Source: a virus (taxonomy: Duplodnaviria > Heunggongvirae > Uroviricota > Caudoviricetes). Taken from it: DNA of 37,236 nt. Below the pieces are notes generated by a model that was given only the letters and a program-made list of their open reading frames with translations, did not search any database and was not told where the DNA came from. Shown here in pieces: positions 8,004 through 17,118 of the stretch. The stretch lies in IMG/VR virus record IMGVR_UViG_2778261175_000003; one strand, given 5' to 3'. The position numbers and the translations under genes are program-made. Position 1 is the stretch's first letter. Each line of letters starts with the position of its first letter.

Positions 8004-11000
8004 TATTCGTGTCAGCTTTGGCGCAATTGACCGGCTGACACGCCCGACCGAAAACGCCCGCCGTCAGGTGGGCGCTCTCACTGAATCCCTTCAGAAGACG
8101 CAGAACAACATACAGGCGCTCGACAGACAGTCGAAGGTGTTCGATCGTGCCGCCGGAAATCTCAGTAAATACCGCGAACAGATTGCCCGCGCGGAGCAGA
8201 GGCTCGCCGGGCTGCGAAAGGCAGAGCAGGACGGTAACACTCTCTCCGAAAAGCAGCGGGAGATGATGACGGCGCTGTCTGCACGTCTTGAGCGCCTGAA
8301 CGAGCTGCGCACGCGCGAGCGCGAAAAACTCCAGGCGGCGGCAGGCGAAATGCGCAAACACGGCATTCTGCTTTCCGGCAGCAGCCGCACCATCGAAAGT
8401 GCCGTTCGCCGTACACAGCAGTACAACGAGCAGCTCGAGCGCGAACGGCAGGCACTGGCTCGCGTGACGCAGGCACAGAGCCGCTATGAGGCCGCGAAGG
8501 CACAGGCGGAAAAACTGCGCAACACAGGGGCTGTGGCGATGGCGGCGGGTACAGGCGGCCTGTATGCGGCGCAGCGCATGATGGTTCCGGCGATGGAGTC
8601 CGAACAGCACGGCGCGGTCATTGCTGCCGGTTCAGGGGAAGCCCCACAGGATGGCGCACGTTACACCCACATCATCCGTAACATACAGGCTGACAGTCTC
8701 GCTGATTTTGCCGGTGCTGCGGAGGCTGTGAGTGCGGTACGCAGTACGCTCGGCGCGCTGGGCGACACCGGCGACCGGGAACTGGAGCGCATCAGCCGTC
8801 GTGCGCTGGATATGCGGACCGTCTTTGGTGTTGATGTGCCGCAGAGCATTCAGGCCGCAGCCATCATGATGAAGAACGGGCTGGCCGCCAGCAGTGACGA
8901 GGCTACTAACCTGATGACGGCAGGGATGCAGCGCATGTCCGCTGAAATGCGCGATGAACTGCCGGAAATTCTGCATGAGTATTCCACCCACTTCCGCAAC
9001 ATGGGCTTCACCGGCAGCGAGACAATGAGTCTGCTGGTTGAGATGGCAAAGCAGGGCAAGTTTGCGCTGGACAAAACCGGCGATGCCGTGAAGGAGTTCA
9101 GTATCCGTGGTTCGGATATGTCGAAATCCAGTGTTTCAGCGTATGAGACACTCGGCCTGAATGCCGAACGGGTGTCTGCTGCCATTGCTCAGGGGGGCAG
9201 TACCGCACGCCAGGCGATGCAGGTGACCGCCCGTGCACTGCTGGCCATCCGTGACCCGGCAGAGCGGGCGAACACGGCCATTGCGTTATTCGGCACCCCC
9301 GTTGAAGACCTTTCCGTTGACCAGATCCCGCAGTTCCTGAGGGCGCTGGCTGATGTTCGTGACAATCTGGGCGATGTCACCGGTGTGGCAGACCGCATGG
9401 GGCAGACGCTGCGCGGTAATCTCTCCGGCGATATTCAGGCGCTGAGTGGTGCGTTCTCAGGGCTACGCACGGACATCTTCGGTACTGTGACCGAGGATTT
9501 GCGCGGGCTGGTTCAGACGGTGAGCGCGTGGGTGACCCGGATGCGCGAATGGGTCGGAGAGCATCAGGCGCTGGTCAGAGTCCTGGTGCTGACCGGCGGG
9601 AGTGTTCTGGCGCTGTCTTCCACGTTCGGTGCGCTGTCACTGACGCTCGGGCTGATTGCGGGGCCGCTGGCAAAACTGCAACTGGGGCTGGGGCTGCTGA
9701 CGGGGGGCGGCGGCATTGGTGGTGCTGTCCGGCTTGTGTCTGCGATGGCACTGCGCCTGACGGGGCTGCCTGCGCTGTGGGGGCTGGTCACGGGGGCGGT
9801 GTCGGTACTGGGTGGCGCACTGGGGGCGCTGTTCAGTCCGGTCGGGCTGATTGTTGCCGCCCTGGTGGGCGGCGCGGTTCTGGTGTGGAAATACTGGGAT
9901 CAGATCAGCGCGTTTTTTTCCGGCTTTTTTGCCGGAGTGTGGGAGGCGCTGCAACCGCTGCGGGAAGCCTTTGCATCGCTGGCTCCGGTGTTCGGGTTGA
10001 TTGGTGACGGCATCAAAGCTGTGTGGGAGTGGTTCACCCGCCTGCTTGAACCTGCGAACGCCTCAAAAGAGACGCTCGACAAATGCACCAGTGCCGGGGA
10101 GTCGTTCGGCAAAACGCTGGGGTGGGTCATTCAGAACATTGTGCTGGGGCCGCTGATGCTGCTCCTTGATGGTCTCGGTACCGTGCTGAAGTGGCTGGGT
10201 GTCATCCCGGACGGCATCAAAAAGGCACAGAAGGAGACGCAAAAACTCCAGGTGAGCGCCGCAAAACAGGCCACACAAAAAGCGCCGGTTGCGTGGGAGT
10301 GGGATCCTGCACAGAAAAAAATGGTGCAGAAAACATGGTCGTGGTCATCAGATGCAGAGGAAAACAACGGTGACAATAAACCCGCAATACCTGCCCCTGC
10401 GGTTCCCGGAGAGGTGAAGGGAACGTCAGACAATCCGGTCAGCAAACCCGGTAGTAAATCCCCGCTGGATGAGGCATGGTTCCGGCAGGGGATACAGAAA
10501 ACCGCCAGCAACACCGGCGGGCTGCTTGAGGAAACCAAAAAACGTACTGGTCCCGGCGATATTGTTTTCAAAAACCTGCCCGGACCCGAAATCATTCACG
10601 GCGAGTGGAAAGCACCGCAGGTTATCCGGACAGTGCAGGCGGTATCGGCGGGCGGAGGACTGGCGGATGCGCTGACAACGCTCTGGCAGAAACTCACCGG
10701 AAGACAGACTGCTTCACCCGTTCCGGTCGTGAATATTCCTGCGCCAGTGGAGAGAGTGGCACGTCAGGTATCCACGCTGCCGCAGCACAACGAGGCAAAT
10801 ACAGAACTGGTTGCCGGTATTCAGCGTGTGCATGAGGCGGTGAACAGTCCGGGTGGAGAGGGCACTTTGCCTTCCCCCGTGGTTAACGTTCTGATGCCAG
10901 CAGTGAATGTTCCTGCGCCAGTGGTGAGCGTGGCCCGTCAGGTGTCCACGCTGTCACAGCCGCAGCACAACGAGGCAAATACAGAACTGGTTGCCGGTAT

Positions 11001-11454
11001 TCAGCGCGTGCATGAGGCGGTGAACAGTCCGGGGGGAGAGACGGTATCGCCTCCACCTGTGGTGAACGCTCTGATGCCAGCAGTGATTGTTCCTGCGCCA
11101 GTGGTGAGCGTGGCGCGTCAGGTATCCACGCTGCCGCAGCACAACGAGGCAAATACAGAGCTGGCTGCCGATATTCAGCGCGTGCGTGAGGCTGTAAACG
11201 GCCCGGGCGGAGATGTGGCTTTATCTGTTCCTGTTGCGGAGGTTATCCGTCCACCGCTGCGACCGGAGTCCGTCAAAAAAGAAACCGCGCCACAAACGCA
11301 GGCTGCGGCATTTTCCGGTGAAATACACGTACATCTGCACAACGTCAACACGCAGAATCCGCGTGAACTGGCAAAACTGGTTGGCGAGGCTGTCCGCGAA
11401 GAGATGCGCAGACAGGCGCGTACAGGCATGAACAGCTTCTGTGACAGGGACTAA
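7954..11454 (+). CDS. T: Tail tape measure protein
   Basis: Very long ORF after E/E' with coiled-coil N-terminus, Gly/Ala-rich hydrophobic middle and internal repeats. Track start is GTG 7954; an alternative GTG near 7990 is possible. Confidence 0.85.
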   Translation: MSGRRNVAESATVKSLDIRVSFGAIDRLTRPTENARRQVGALTESLQKTQNNIQALDRQSKVFDRAAGNLSKYREQIARAEQRLAGLRKAEQDGNTLSEKQREMMTALSARLERLNELRTREREKLQAAAGEMRKHGILLSGSSRTIESAVRRTQQYNEQLERERQALARVTQAQSRYEAAKAQAEKLRNTGAVAMAAGTGGLYAAQRMMVPAMESEQHGAVIAAGSGEAPQDGARYTHIIRNIQADSLADFAGAAEAVSAVRSTLGALGDTGDRELERISRRALDMRTVFGVDVPQSIQAAAIMMKNGLAASSDEATNLMTAGMQRMSAEMRDELPEILHEYSTHFRNMGFTGSETMSLLVEMAKQGKFALDKTGDAVKEFSIRGSDMSKSSVSAYETLGLNAERVSAAIAQGGSTARQAMQVTARALLAIRDPAERANTAIALFGTPVEDLSVDQIPQFLRALADVRDNLGDVTGVADRMGQTLRGNLSGDIQALSGAFSGLRTDIFGTVTEDLRGLVQTVSAWVTRMREWVGEHQALVRVLVLTGGSVLALSSTFGALSLTLGLIAGPLAKLQLGLGLLTGGGGIGGAVRLVSAMALRLTGLPALWGLVTGAVSVLGGALGALFSPVGLIVAALVGGAVLVWKYWDQISAFFSGFFAGVWEALQPLREAFASLAPVFGLIGDGIKAVWEWFTRLLEPANASKETLDKCTSAGESFGKTLGWVIQNIVLGPLMLLLDGLGTVLKWLGVIPDGIKKAQKETQKLQVSAAKQATQKAPVAWEWDPAQKKMVQKTWSWSSDAEENNGDNKPAIPAPAVPGEVKGTSDNPVSKPGSKSPLDEAWFRQGIQKTASNTGGLLEETKKRTGPGDIVFKNLPGPEIIHGEWKAPQVIRTVQAVSAGGGLADALTTLWQKLTGRQTASPVPVVNIPAPVERVARQVSTLPQHNEANTELVAGIQRVHEAVNSPGGEGTLPSPVVNVLMPAVNVPAPVVSVARQVSTLSQPQHNEANTELVAGIQRVHEAVNSPGGETVSPPPVVNALMPAVIVPAPVVSVARQVSTLPQHNEANTELAADIQRVREAVNGPGGDVALSVPVAEVIRPPLRPESVKKETAPQTQAAAFSGEIHVHLHNVNTQNPRELAKLVGEAVREEMRRQARTGMNSFCDRD
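10729..11220 (+). repeat. Three tandem coding repeats (about 174-180 bp, about 58-60 aa each) inside the tape measure gene
   Basis: Copies begin near 10729, 10903 and 11083; protein unit PVVN.PAPV..VARQVSTLPQHNEANTELVAGIQRVHEAVNSPGGE. Confidence 0.8.
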
Positions 11455-11467
11455 AGGAGACACAATT

Positions 11468-11926
11468 ATGATGATGATTTTTGGCATGTTTGTGTTTGAA
11501 CTGAAAACGCTGCCGCATCAACAGATTCAACAAAACAAAACGTGGCGGCATGTGAAAAATGAGCGCATTAACCGCTCTGCGGCCTGGCAGTATATCGGTG
11601 CAGGTGATGAGCAGATCACGCTGTCTGGTCAGCTGTACCCGGAAATTACCGGTGGTGAGGTGTCGCTGACACTACTGAACACCCAGGCCTACACCGGATG
11701 TCCCTGGCCGCTGATTGATGGCACGGGGCAGATTTACGGAATGTACGTGATTACGGGATTACAGACCACCCGCTCCGAGCTGGATCGTTACGGAAAGGCA
11801 AAAAAGATTGAGTTCTCCATCAGCTTTCAGCGGTGTGATGAGGATATGAGGGAGAAACTCCAGTCTGCTTCTGCGGGTGAATTACTGAACACGCTTAAAG
11901 ACAAAATGGCTGAGGCTGCATTCTGA
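11468..11926 (+). CDS. U: Tail protein U
   Basis: Similarity to P2 gpU; start at ATG 11468 preceded by AGGAG RBS (track start 11441 overlaps T). Confidence 0.8.
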   Translation: MMMIFGMFVFELKTLPHQQIQQNKTWRHVKNERINRSAAWQYIGAGDEQITLSGQLYPEITGGEVSLTLLNTQAYTGCPWPLIDGTGQIYGMYVITGLQTTRSELDRYGKAKKIEFSISFQRCDEDMREKLQSASAGELLNTLKDKMAEAAF

Positions 11927-11934
11927 ATAAAAAA

Positions 11935-11959
11935 GAGGGAGTGTAAAAAGCACTCCCTT
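11935..11959 (-). terminator. Hairpin (GAGGGAGTG-loop-CACTCCCTT) with A-run on plus strand, i.e. U-run on minus strand
   Basis: Read directly; functions as an intrinsic terminator for leftward transcription and possibly marks the end of the U operon. Confidence 0.4.
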
Positions 11960-12055
11960 ATGGCCTTCATGGAAAAGAAGCAAATGTTGTCAATACATTC
12001 TGACTATATATAAATCGCCTGATGATGGCAATGGTGATATTCGGGAAATAAAAAA

Positions 12056-12072
12056 GCCCTCGCAAAGAGGGC
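12056..12072 (-). terminator. Hairpin GCCCTC-GCAAA-GAGGGC preceded on plus strand by an A-run (minus-strand intrinsic terminator)
   Basis: Read directly from the sequence. Confidence 0.45.
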
Positions 12073-12245
12073 AACATGCATTGTGTGAAGATTTAATTTT
12101 TCTGGTTGCAGGGGGGATTATATTGAACTGTATTCATTTAATGCAATATTTTTAATTGTCATCATCATTGATGAAAATATTTCTTGTGTTTTTGTTGCCC
12201 TGATTACAATTTCACTCATTACTGTGTCTTTGCGGCAAAAAAAAA

Positions 12246-12262
12246 GCCCGCACGGGGCGGGC
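12246..12262 (-). terminator. Hairpin GCCCGC-ACGGG-GCGGGC preceded on plus strand by nine A (strong minus-strand intrinsic terminator)
   Basis: Read directly from the sequence. Confidence 0.55.
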
Positions 12263-12963
12263 AAGGAATGTTTGCATGTGTATAACACTGCGGGATTATA
12301 AATAAATTACGCGTTCTGTAAAATCCCCTTTGATGGAGATTCAGGCCATACCAGCGCATTATAACAATCTTCGTCCTTCACGGAAGTGAAAGTCACCTGC
12401 TGAAGTTCTTTAATGTATTCAATTCACGCAGCCAACCTTCCTTTGTCTTGATCGCTGATGGTGCCGGGCAATAACTCAGATTGCCAGATTCTGATCCTCT
12501 CTTTTGCCTCCGGCAGCAGGGGATTTCGTTGTCATTCTGCTTTAGCCTGCCACTTTTCAGGTGGCAGCACATGACGAACAATATTTTCATCATCAAATAT
12601 CCAGTTACCTGAGTCATCAGCACGTTGGTTAGCGTTAATATCAGAAGTATTAACAACACTAAAACCGACATGATTAAGTGTTGATGCCTCTCTGGTAATG
12701 GTGACAATAATATTATTTCGTTGTAAATCATTTTGATTTTATCTGGTCGAAAGGTCCCTGCATCGTTATGCCGGTTTTTATTTCCTTCAGAGGAAATATG
12801 ATTACTTTGTGCTTCTTTTTTAACACATACAGTCTGGAGTTAATGTTGCCTGTTTTATGTTCTTGAGTGCGTCATATTAATCTCTTACATATTATATCTG
12901 GTACAATTTATAGTTTTCTGAAGCTTGCCTGAAAGAATTGAGTTTCCTGCAGGCTTTCAAGGG

Positions 12964-13062
12964 GGTGATGATGATATGCGGGAGAAACTTCAGCCTGCAT
13001 CTGTGTGGGGAATCACTGAATACGCTTAAAGACAAATCGTCGTCGCTGAACGCATTCCCTTA
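12964..13062 (+). pseudogene. Degraded duplicate of the 3' end of tail gene U
   Basis: About 75 nt align at roughly 85 percent identity (by eye) with the true U 3' end at 11840-11915 (GATGA.GATATG.GGGAGAAACT.CAG.CTGC.TCTG...CTGAA.ACGCTTAAAGACAAA), with a 1-nt deletion breaking the frame. Confidence 0.6.
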
Positions 13063-13108
13063 ACCTGACGCCACCACCTCATACAGATAACGAGGTGGTA
13101 GCGTGATT

Positions 13109-13402
13109 TCACCAGTAACTAACCGACAGCCAGAACAACAGGCATGTTGCCACCGGTACAGCAAAATCCATCAGGCTTCCGGCATCCCACACGCGCGGAT
13201 CAAAACCACCCCACCATGGCATGTTAATTCGTTTCCCTTTCCCGAATTTTTCAATCCAGCGATATTCTGCCTGGGTGTGTTCACGTGCAATGAAGAACGT
13301 ACAGCCAGCTACCGCACCATAAGTCCAGTTTCCGGTGAAAAGCCCGGCCAGAAGCTGAGCAGCCACAGCACAAAGTGCATGAAGCAAGGGGCTTATATCC
13401 AT
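13109..13402 (-). CDS. Hypothetical small membrane protein (97 aa, two hydrophobic segments) downstream of the tail-fibre module
   Basis: ORF track; hydrophobic N- and C-terminal stretches; no family recognised. The antisense 13103-13756 ORF is judged a shadow. Confidence 0.4.
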   Translation of the reverse strand: MDISPLLHALCAVAAQLLAGLFTGNWTYGAVAGCTFFIAREHTQAEYRWIEKFGKGKRINMPWWGGFDPRVWDAGSLMDFAVPVATCLLFWLSVSYW

Positions 13403-13414
13403 TGTTTTCTCCCT

Positions 13415-13693
13415 TCAGCTCCATTCCCGAAGCGGTGTTTCCAGCTCCACCACATAATCAGAGAACACAGAAATATCAAACGCATCATCAAGAATGCGGA
13501 TGTTGACAAAATAACCGTCATTCCGGATACAGACAGCTTCCCCCTCTTCAGTTACCCCTGTTTCTGTGTAGGTGAAACCAATTTCATTGACCAGAAGTTT
13601 GTTCTGGAGGTCTTCGTTTTCCTCCCAGTCAAGAGACGACAGGAATGCTTTAAACTGCTGTTTATCATGAAATTTCAGGGTCAGATCTTTCAT
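13415..13693 (-). CDS. Hypothetical acidic protein (92 aa) translationally coupled to H; possible tail-fibre accessory/assembly factor
   Basis: ATGA overlap with the H stop; occupies the position of P2 gene G but no sequence similarity recognised. Confidence 0.4.
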   Translation of the reverse strand: MKDLTLKFHDKQQFKAFLSSLDWEENEDLQNKLLVNEIGFTYTETGVTEEGEAVCIRNDGYFVNIRILDDAFDISVFSDYVVELETPLREWS

Positions 13694-15456
13694 ACCGCCT
13701 CCTTGATTTGTCTGTCGTTTAATTCTTTATGCCATAGGCGGAAATTACGAATATGACCAAACAAATGACGCGTTCCTGCTGCTGTCTGCCCACCAAAGCG
13801 GCATAAATTTGCTGTAACACCAAATGTTTTCCCTTCAGCGGTTACCGCATAATTACCATTGCATATTGCATTTATCGCCAGGTCGGCTCCTGCCCTCAGC
13901 CCCATAATGAATTTATCTCCATCGGCGAGGATTTTTGCGTTGATCATTCCCACTCCAGCAACTATTGTTCCCGCCGAGGAAAAATTAAGCGACATATAAT
14001 CGTTATCAATGCTGTATCCTCCGGTGTCAAATACCCTTGGCGCAATATTGGGGGGAGTATTCCAGTTTTTGTTCACTTCGCACAATACGGTAAAAGGTCG
14101 TGCTGACAGGTTATTTTTCGCAGGGATTGTTACCACATCACTGGCTCTTGTCGTTGCGCTGGCTCCCGAAACAATAAATGATGATACACAAGCACCATCC
14201 TCAACTTGTGGAGTAGCAAGATAAATATAATCACCGGATGCAATTGTTCCACCCCATTTAGGTGAACACTGGATCTGAGAGCCTATTTTTAACTCACCCT
14301 CAATTGCCTCAATTGTTGCCTCGGCAAAAATCCAGCCAGTAGTCTCATCTTTTCTGGCTCTGGCTGAAATTCTGTCTGAGGCATCTCCGGTCGTATTAAT
14401 TTCAAACGTCTGTGTATCAATGTACGCATCACCAAGAAAAGTTGTTGCACTGCCGTCATATTTATCAAACCGGATGCGGAGCCTTAGCTGTAATTCTGTT
14501 TTAAATCGGCATGAGGTTGTCACGTACTTGTTATCGCCAGAGACATCAACCGCCTCTGTTGCAGCAACTGATGCCATATTTACAGCGGAGGTCTGCCCAA
14601 TCAGAGAATCGTTGCAGACAAACTTCCCATAAGTAAAACCAAAACTATCCGTCCCGGTTTCGGGTACATCCATACTTACTGACTTGCCCCAGTTGGCCGG
14701 GGTTTCCGAATTGAGCATGTAGTTTGTTCTTTGCCCTTCAATCAGCAGACCTTCGCGCTCAAATCGTGGCTCATTAATTTCCGCCGTTTTCAGTTCACCC
14801 GATTTATTGATATAGGTTGCCGTTGATGCGCGCGTGAAACTAACCTGTTTATCACTGGCAACCTGAACCACATCATCACCAATGGTGATTTTTTTATAGC
14901 CCGGAGCGAACCCCGTAAGCATATCCAGTGAATCGTTAAACGGTATCCATACATCAGGCAGCGGCGGTACAGAGTCCTTTTCCTGTGCAACATATTCTTC
15001 AACATAGGCGCGGGTGGCGAGCACGACAGAGGGATCAACTTTCAGCTCGACGGATGAAGCACTGGAAACCACAACAATCATGCGAATTGTCTGCGTGCGC
15101 CCGCTTCCCTCGGCGAGTACGGGCTTGTAGGTTTCGGGGCAGTTCGCCACGGCAATCATCACGCCGTCGCTGTCAAAAAGCCCAATCTCGCGGATCCAGA
15201 ACCCCCCTTTGTCTTCCGGGATAATCATCTCGGCGACAAGCTGGCTGGCATCGGACGCGCTGACGCTCAGTTGATTCAACGGGGCGCTGTATACCGTGTT
15301 CACCAGCTTTTCCATGGACGCCGCCGGTTCCGGCAGGCTGCCGCCGCCATCTCCCAGTTTCATGGTGGTGATGGATATTTTTGAGCCGCTGGCCACCGCC
15401 TTTGCCAGACGGGCAGCACCTTTGTCAGTCAGAACAGAAAAATATTTTACAGTCAT
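13690..15456 (-). CDS. H: Tail fibre protein with P2 H-like N-terminus and a divergent, LamG/ConA-like C-terminal receptor-binding region
   Basis: N-terminal about 150 aa closely match P2 gpH (MT.K...V.T..GAA.LA.A...G.K..ITTM..GDGGG.LP.P...). C-terminus ends GHIRNFRLWHKELNDRQIKEAV, a pattern recalled from LamG-type jellyroll domains. Confidence 0.8.
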   Translation of the reverse strand: MTVKYFSVLTDKGAARLAKAVASGSKISITTMKLGDGGGSLPEPAASMEKLVNTVYSAPLNQLSVSASDASQLVAEMIIPEDKGGFWIREIGLFDSDGVMIAVANCPETYKPVLAEGSGRTQTIRMIVVVSSASSVELKVDPSVVLATRAYVEEYVAQEKDSVPPLPDVWIPFNDSLDMLTGFAPGYKKITIGDDVVQVASDKQVSFTRASTATYINKSGELKTAEINEPRFEREGLLIEGQRTNYMLNSETPANWGKSVSMDVPETGTDSFGFTYGKFVCNDSLIGQTSAVNMASVAATEAVDVSGDNKYVTTSCRFKTELQLRLRIRFDKYDGSATTFLGDAYIDTQTFEINTTGDASDRISARARKDETTGWIFAEATIEAIEGELKIGSQIQCSPKWGGTIASGDYIYLATPQVEDGACVSSFIVSGASATTRASDVVTIPAKNNLSARPFTVLCEVNKNWNTPPNIAPRVFDTGGYSIDNDYMSLNFSSAGTIVAGVGMINAKILADGDKFIMGLRAGADLAINAICNGNYAVTAEGKTFGVTANLCRFGGQTAAGTRHLFGHIRNFRLWHKELNDRQIKEAV

Positions 15457-16229
15457 GAAAAAATCCTCAAAGAATCCTCCAGAAATACCACTGATGCTGT
15501 CAGGGTTCCGGTTGTGGCGGTCAGTTGCATCACTGCCTGTGGCTCCACGGTCACCGCATCATCGCCCGTAACCCGTAATCCCATGACAATCCCCGCATCG
15601 ACAGATACCGACGGTGTCGGCGGGTAAATGGTGAGCATGTCGCCGTCAAAGAAAGTCGGAGATGCCCGGAACACCGAAACAGTCTCAACACCGGCAGAAG
15701 CGGCTGGCCAGATTGTTGTTTCACTGCCGTCGTGCATGCCGGAAAACACACGTGCGACTCCCTGCGTATCCAGCATAATGTTCAGCGAGGCAAGGTGGCG
15801 GCTGACCGGACGGGCATCGTCGATCAGTCGTGTCAGCTCGGAGTACGTTTCCTCTGTGATACCCGCGTCCTGCACGCCAATATCAATGCGGAACGTGCCG
15901 CGCGGGTCGCCGTTCTGCCACCACTCCGTCACGTTAATGACATAGCCAAAGGGTTCAACCACACGCCTGATGGCGCTGATGGTTCCCTTATGGCGGTGGA
16001 TTGCCCAGGCATCACGGATCACCTGGCGCTTTGTTTCTTCCGTCCAGTCACGATCCCACCTGTCCACGGACAGCGCCCACGCCAGATAAGGCAGCAGGGC
16101 CACCGGACAGGTGTCAGGATCCCAGAGCTGGTTAAGGCTGACAGGCAGTGCTGACAACCGGCTTGTTCCCCGCTCCACGCAGCGCATGAAATCGCTGGCT
16201 GAAGGGGGGAGAAGTGATGGCTCACTCAT
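15453..16229 (-). CDS. I: Baseplate assembly protein I
   Basis: Similarity to P2 gpI; start placed at MSEPSLLPP (M22 of the track ORF). Confidence 0.8.
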   Translation of the reverse strand: MSEPSLLPPSASDFMRCVERGTSRLSALPVSLNQLWDPDTCPVALLPYLAWALSVDRWDRDWTEETKRQVIRDAWAIHRHKGTISAIRRVVEPFGYVINVTEWWQNGDPRGTFRIDIGVQDAGITEETYSELTRLIDDARPVSRHLASLNIMLDTQGVARVFSGMHDGSETTIWPAASAGVETVSVFRASPTFFDGDMLTIYPPTPSVSVDAGIVMGLRVTGDDAVTVEPQAVMQLTATTGTLTASVVFLEDSLRIFS

Positions 16230-17118
16230 TGGTTCCCCCTGCGCTGACTGTGAACGATGTGCAGTACGCTGACTGCACATCGCTGATAACAATATTCTGT
16301 GCGGGGCTGGTCAGTTCCACGCGCTGAACGCCCTGAACATGCAGCGCGGCCATGATGGCGGAAAGCGCCACATCGCGACCGATTTTGCCCTGTTCAGCAA
16401 GCCAGGCCTCCAGATTGTTTCTGGCTGCATTCAGGATGGGTTCCGACTCCGGCCCCGGATAAAAGTAAAGCCGGGCATCAATCTGATACCGGATGATTTC
16501 TGCACTCTGCACCGTCAGGCGGTCACCGACCGGGCGAACGTCTTCGGCATTCAGCGCATTTCTGACCGTCGTCAGGAGTGCTTCGGTCGCCGTACCGTCG
16601 CCTTCCGTGGACAGCACCGCCACCACCACTTCCGCCGGTGCTGGGCTGGTAGCGCGCGCGTCCGCCACCTGACCGCTGGCACTGCGGGCAAAATACTCAT
16701 ACGCTCCGGTGGGACCGGCCACGCTGAGGCCATCAAATGCAGACTGCGCACGCAGCCGCAGGGCCGTGTCGCTTTCCATGACGGCCTCCGTGGTGTCCGT
16801 GGCCGGAGTGATGACCAGCCGCGTGGTGTTCATGTTGGCGGCGAGGTTATCCAGGTTGCTGCCCGAGGAGTGGCTCAGCATACAGGCCGCTGCCCCTTCA
16901 TTAATTCGCTGGCGAAGCAGCAACTCACGCAGTGCAAATGCCTGAGCGATGACCGTGAGCGGTTCGGACTCCAGCGCCATGGCTGACCGGACGGCAGCCT
17001 GTTGTGTCTGTGGAAATGACGTAATGATGTCTTCTTTCACTTCCGCCAGGATGACTTCAAAATCCGGCGTTTCAATAATCTGTGGTGTCGGCAGTTCCGA
17101 CAGGTCAACGGCTGGCAT
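16222..17118 (-). CDS. J: Baseplate protein J
   Basis: Similarity to P2 gpJ; P2 order W-J-I preserved. Confidence 0.85.
   Translation of the reverse strand: MPAVDLSELPTPQIIETPDFEVILAEVKEDIITSFPQTQQAAVRSAMALESEPLTVIAQAFALRELLLRQRINEGAAACMLSHSSGSNLDNLAANMNTTRLVITPATDTTEAVMESDTALRLRAQSAFDGLSVAGPTGAYEYFARSASGQVADARATSPAPAEVVVAVLSTEGDGTATEALLTTVRNALNAEDVRPVGDRLTVQSAEIIRYQIDARLYFYPGPESEPILNAARNNLEAWLAEQGKIGRDVALSAIMAALHVQGVQRVELTSPAQNIVISDVQSAYCTSFTVSAGGTNE

Noticed and set aside
8091-10835. Numerous 60-160-aa ORFs in alternative frames within the tape measure gene
   Set aside because: All nested in a single long, well-supported ORF; compositions (Arg/Ala/Pro-rich) typical of off-frame GC-rich sequence.
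10729-11220. Possible CRISPR-like repeat array
   Set aside because: Repeats are long (about 175 bp), in-frame coding repeats inside the tape measure gene with no short direct repeat/spacer structure; no CRISPR array anywhere in the window.
12393-12731. 112-aa minus-strand ORF in the AT-rich island
   Set aside because: Low-complexity Leu/Ile-rich product; overlaps a different-frame gene fragment that looks more protein-like; no RBS recognised. Treated as non-coding or decayed, low confidence either way.
13103-13756. 217-aa plus-strand ORF spanning the two small genes after the tail fibre
   Set aside because: Antisense to two compact, coupled minus-strand ORFs that continue the tail-fibre operon; product is low complexity.
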